From the NCBI RefSeq assembly GCF_014656435.1, contig NZ_BNCK01000006.1:1-64000 (forward strand): a stretch of DNA of 64,000 bases, given 5' to 3'. The position numbers and the translations under genes were made by a program. The stretch is from Thalassotalea marina (GTDB lineage: Bacteria > Pseudomonadota > Gammaproteobacteria > Enterobacterales > Alteromonadaceae). The notes under the pieces are model-generated. The model was not told the DNA's origin, searched no databases, and was given only the letters and a program-made list of their open reading frames with translations. This document shows positions 63,427 to 64,000 of the stretch, piece after piece. Position 1 is the stretch's first letter, and each line of letters starts with the position of its first letter.

Positions 63427-63963
63427 TTAGCTTTTGAATGTATCAAAGTGTTTAGCTTTTTTGTATGCACAAAAATATTCCACCTTAACATCTAGCCGAT
63501 TTAACCGCTCTTTCATTTCTTTCAAAACGTTAGGAGAATCACACGGGAAATCTATGATTATTAAATCCTTAATCTCCCCTGCTCGCATTGCATAATCATC
63601 TCCTAGAGTTGATCGAAACCATTTACATTTGGTTCCTTTTGTCACATGCTTAATAGCGGCATCATAATCACAAGGCTTATTATCCAAATAAACTTGAAAA
63701 GACTTTATAAACGCGGGACCTAGCCCATTATTCATTAGCTGCAAATGGAGCTTTCCCACATTTCCATCCACGTGCTCATGCGCGAAGCTTGTCAAATGAG
63801 GCTGGACTGACAATACATTATGTCGCCTCTGAACTATTGCTTGGTAAATAGTAAAAAACAATGCACAAAGAGCGATAATCTCTGCACCATGATCACTGAG
63901 AAATTGCATCAAATCTCCGACTTCCTTTATAGCTAACGCTGCGTTAAGGGATGAATGCCACAT
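63427..63963 (-). CDS. Hypothetical protein with one N-terminal TM helix
   Basis: 178-aa ORF. No recognisable motif. Confidence 0.4.
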   Translation of the reverse strand: MWHSSLNAALAIKEVGDLMQFLSDHGAEIIALCALFFTIYQAIVQRRHNVLSVQPHLTSFAHEHVDGNVGKLHLQLMNNGLGPAFIKSFQVYLDNKPCDYDAAIKHVTKGTKCKWFRSTLGDDYAMRAGEIKDLIIIDFPCDSPNVLKEMKERLNRLDVKVEYFCAYKKAKHFDTFKS

Positions 63964-64000
63964 AAACCAGCTTTTCGCAGACCACTCTCACCACTAAAAC

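Overview
The window is AT-rich, densely coded chromosomal DNA. The gene content (TonB-dependent receptors instead of SusC/D, a periplasmic KatG, an APE-type pigment cluster, MCP and GGDEF proteins) looks like a marine gammaproteobacterium, probably Alteromonadales-like; that taxonomic guess rests on gene content only. Most genes are on the minus strand, in five blocks. (1) 1.5-7.2 kb holds a secreted M1 zinc aminopeptidase with a small co-transcribed secreted protein, and a PAS-GGDEF cyclase. (2) 5.8-11.1 kb holds a ToxR/CadC-like membrane regulator with a periplasmic TolB-like beta-propeller, flanked by two paralogous secreted esterase-TPR proteins. (3) 11.1-21.8 kb is a tight four-gene minus-strand operon: patatin-like phospholipase (820 aa), NfeD-like membrane protein, flotillin/SPFH protein (660 aa), and a 1745-aa protein with a single AAA+ (AAA_5/MoxR-dynein-like) module. 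I regard this operon as the most likely undescribed system in the window. (4) 22-31 kb holds an M28 peptidase, periplasmic catalase-peroxidase KatG, a hybrid histidine kinase translationally coupled to a periplasmic binding protein, an alpha/beta hydrolase and an Sfp/EntD-type PPTase. (5) 31.3-48.2 kb is a roughly 17 kb, 20-gene aryl-polyene/xanthomonadin/flexirubin-like biosynthetic operon. It has 2 ACPs, 3 KS/CLF, a FabG-like reductase, 2 hotdog dehydratases, a thioesterase, an AMP-ligase, an aromatic ammonia-lyase, a flavin-dependent halogenase (WxWxIP), a GT2, LpxL-like and PlsC-like acyltransferases, LolA-like and MMPL exporters and a MipA-like outer-membrane protein. It is followed by an MCP, then a FadR-type GntR regulator with a glycan-utilisation locus (GH88/105, GH29 fucosidase, two TonB-dependent receptors, a lipoprotein). 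An imperfect ~85-bp repeat with an AGCTGCC/GGCAGCT palindrome sits near both window ends (46-128 and 62921-63007), each next to small hypothetical membrane-protein genes. I found no tRNA, rRNA, CRISPR array, integrase or transposase. All calls come from reading the translations and DNA by eye; no database searches were run.
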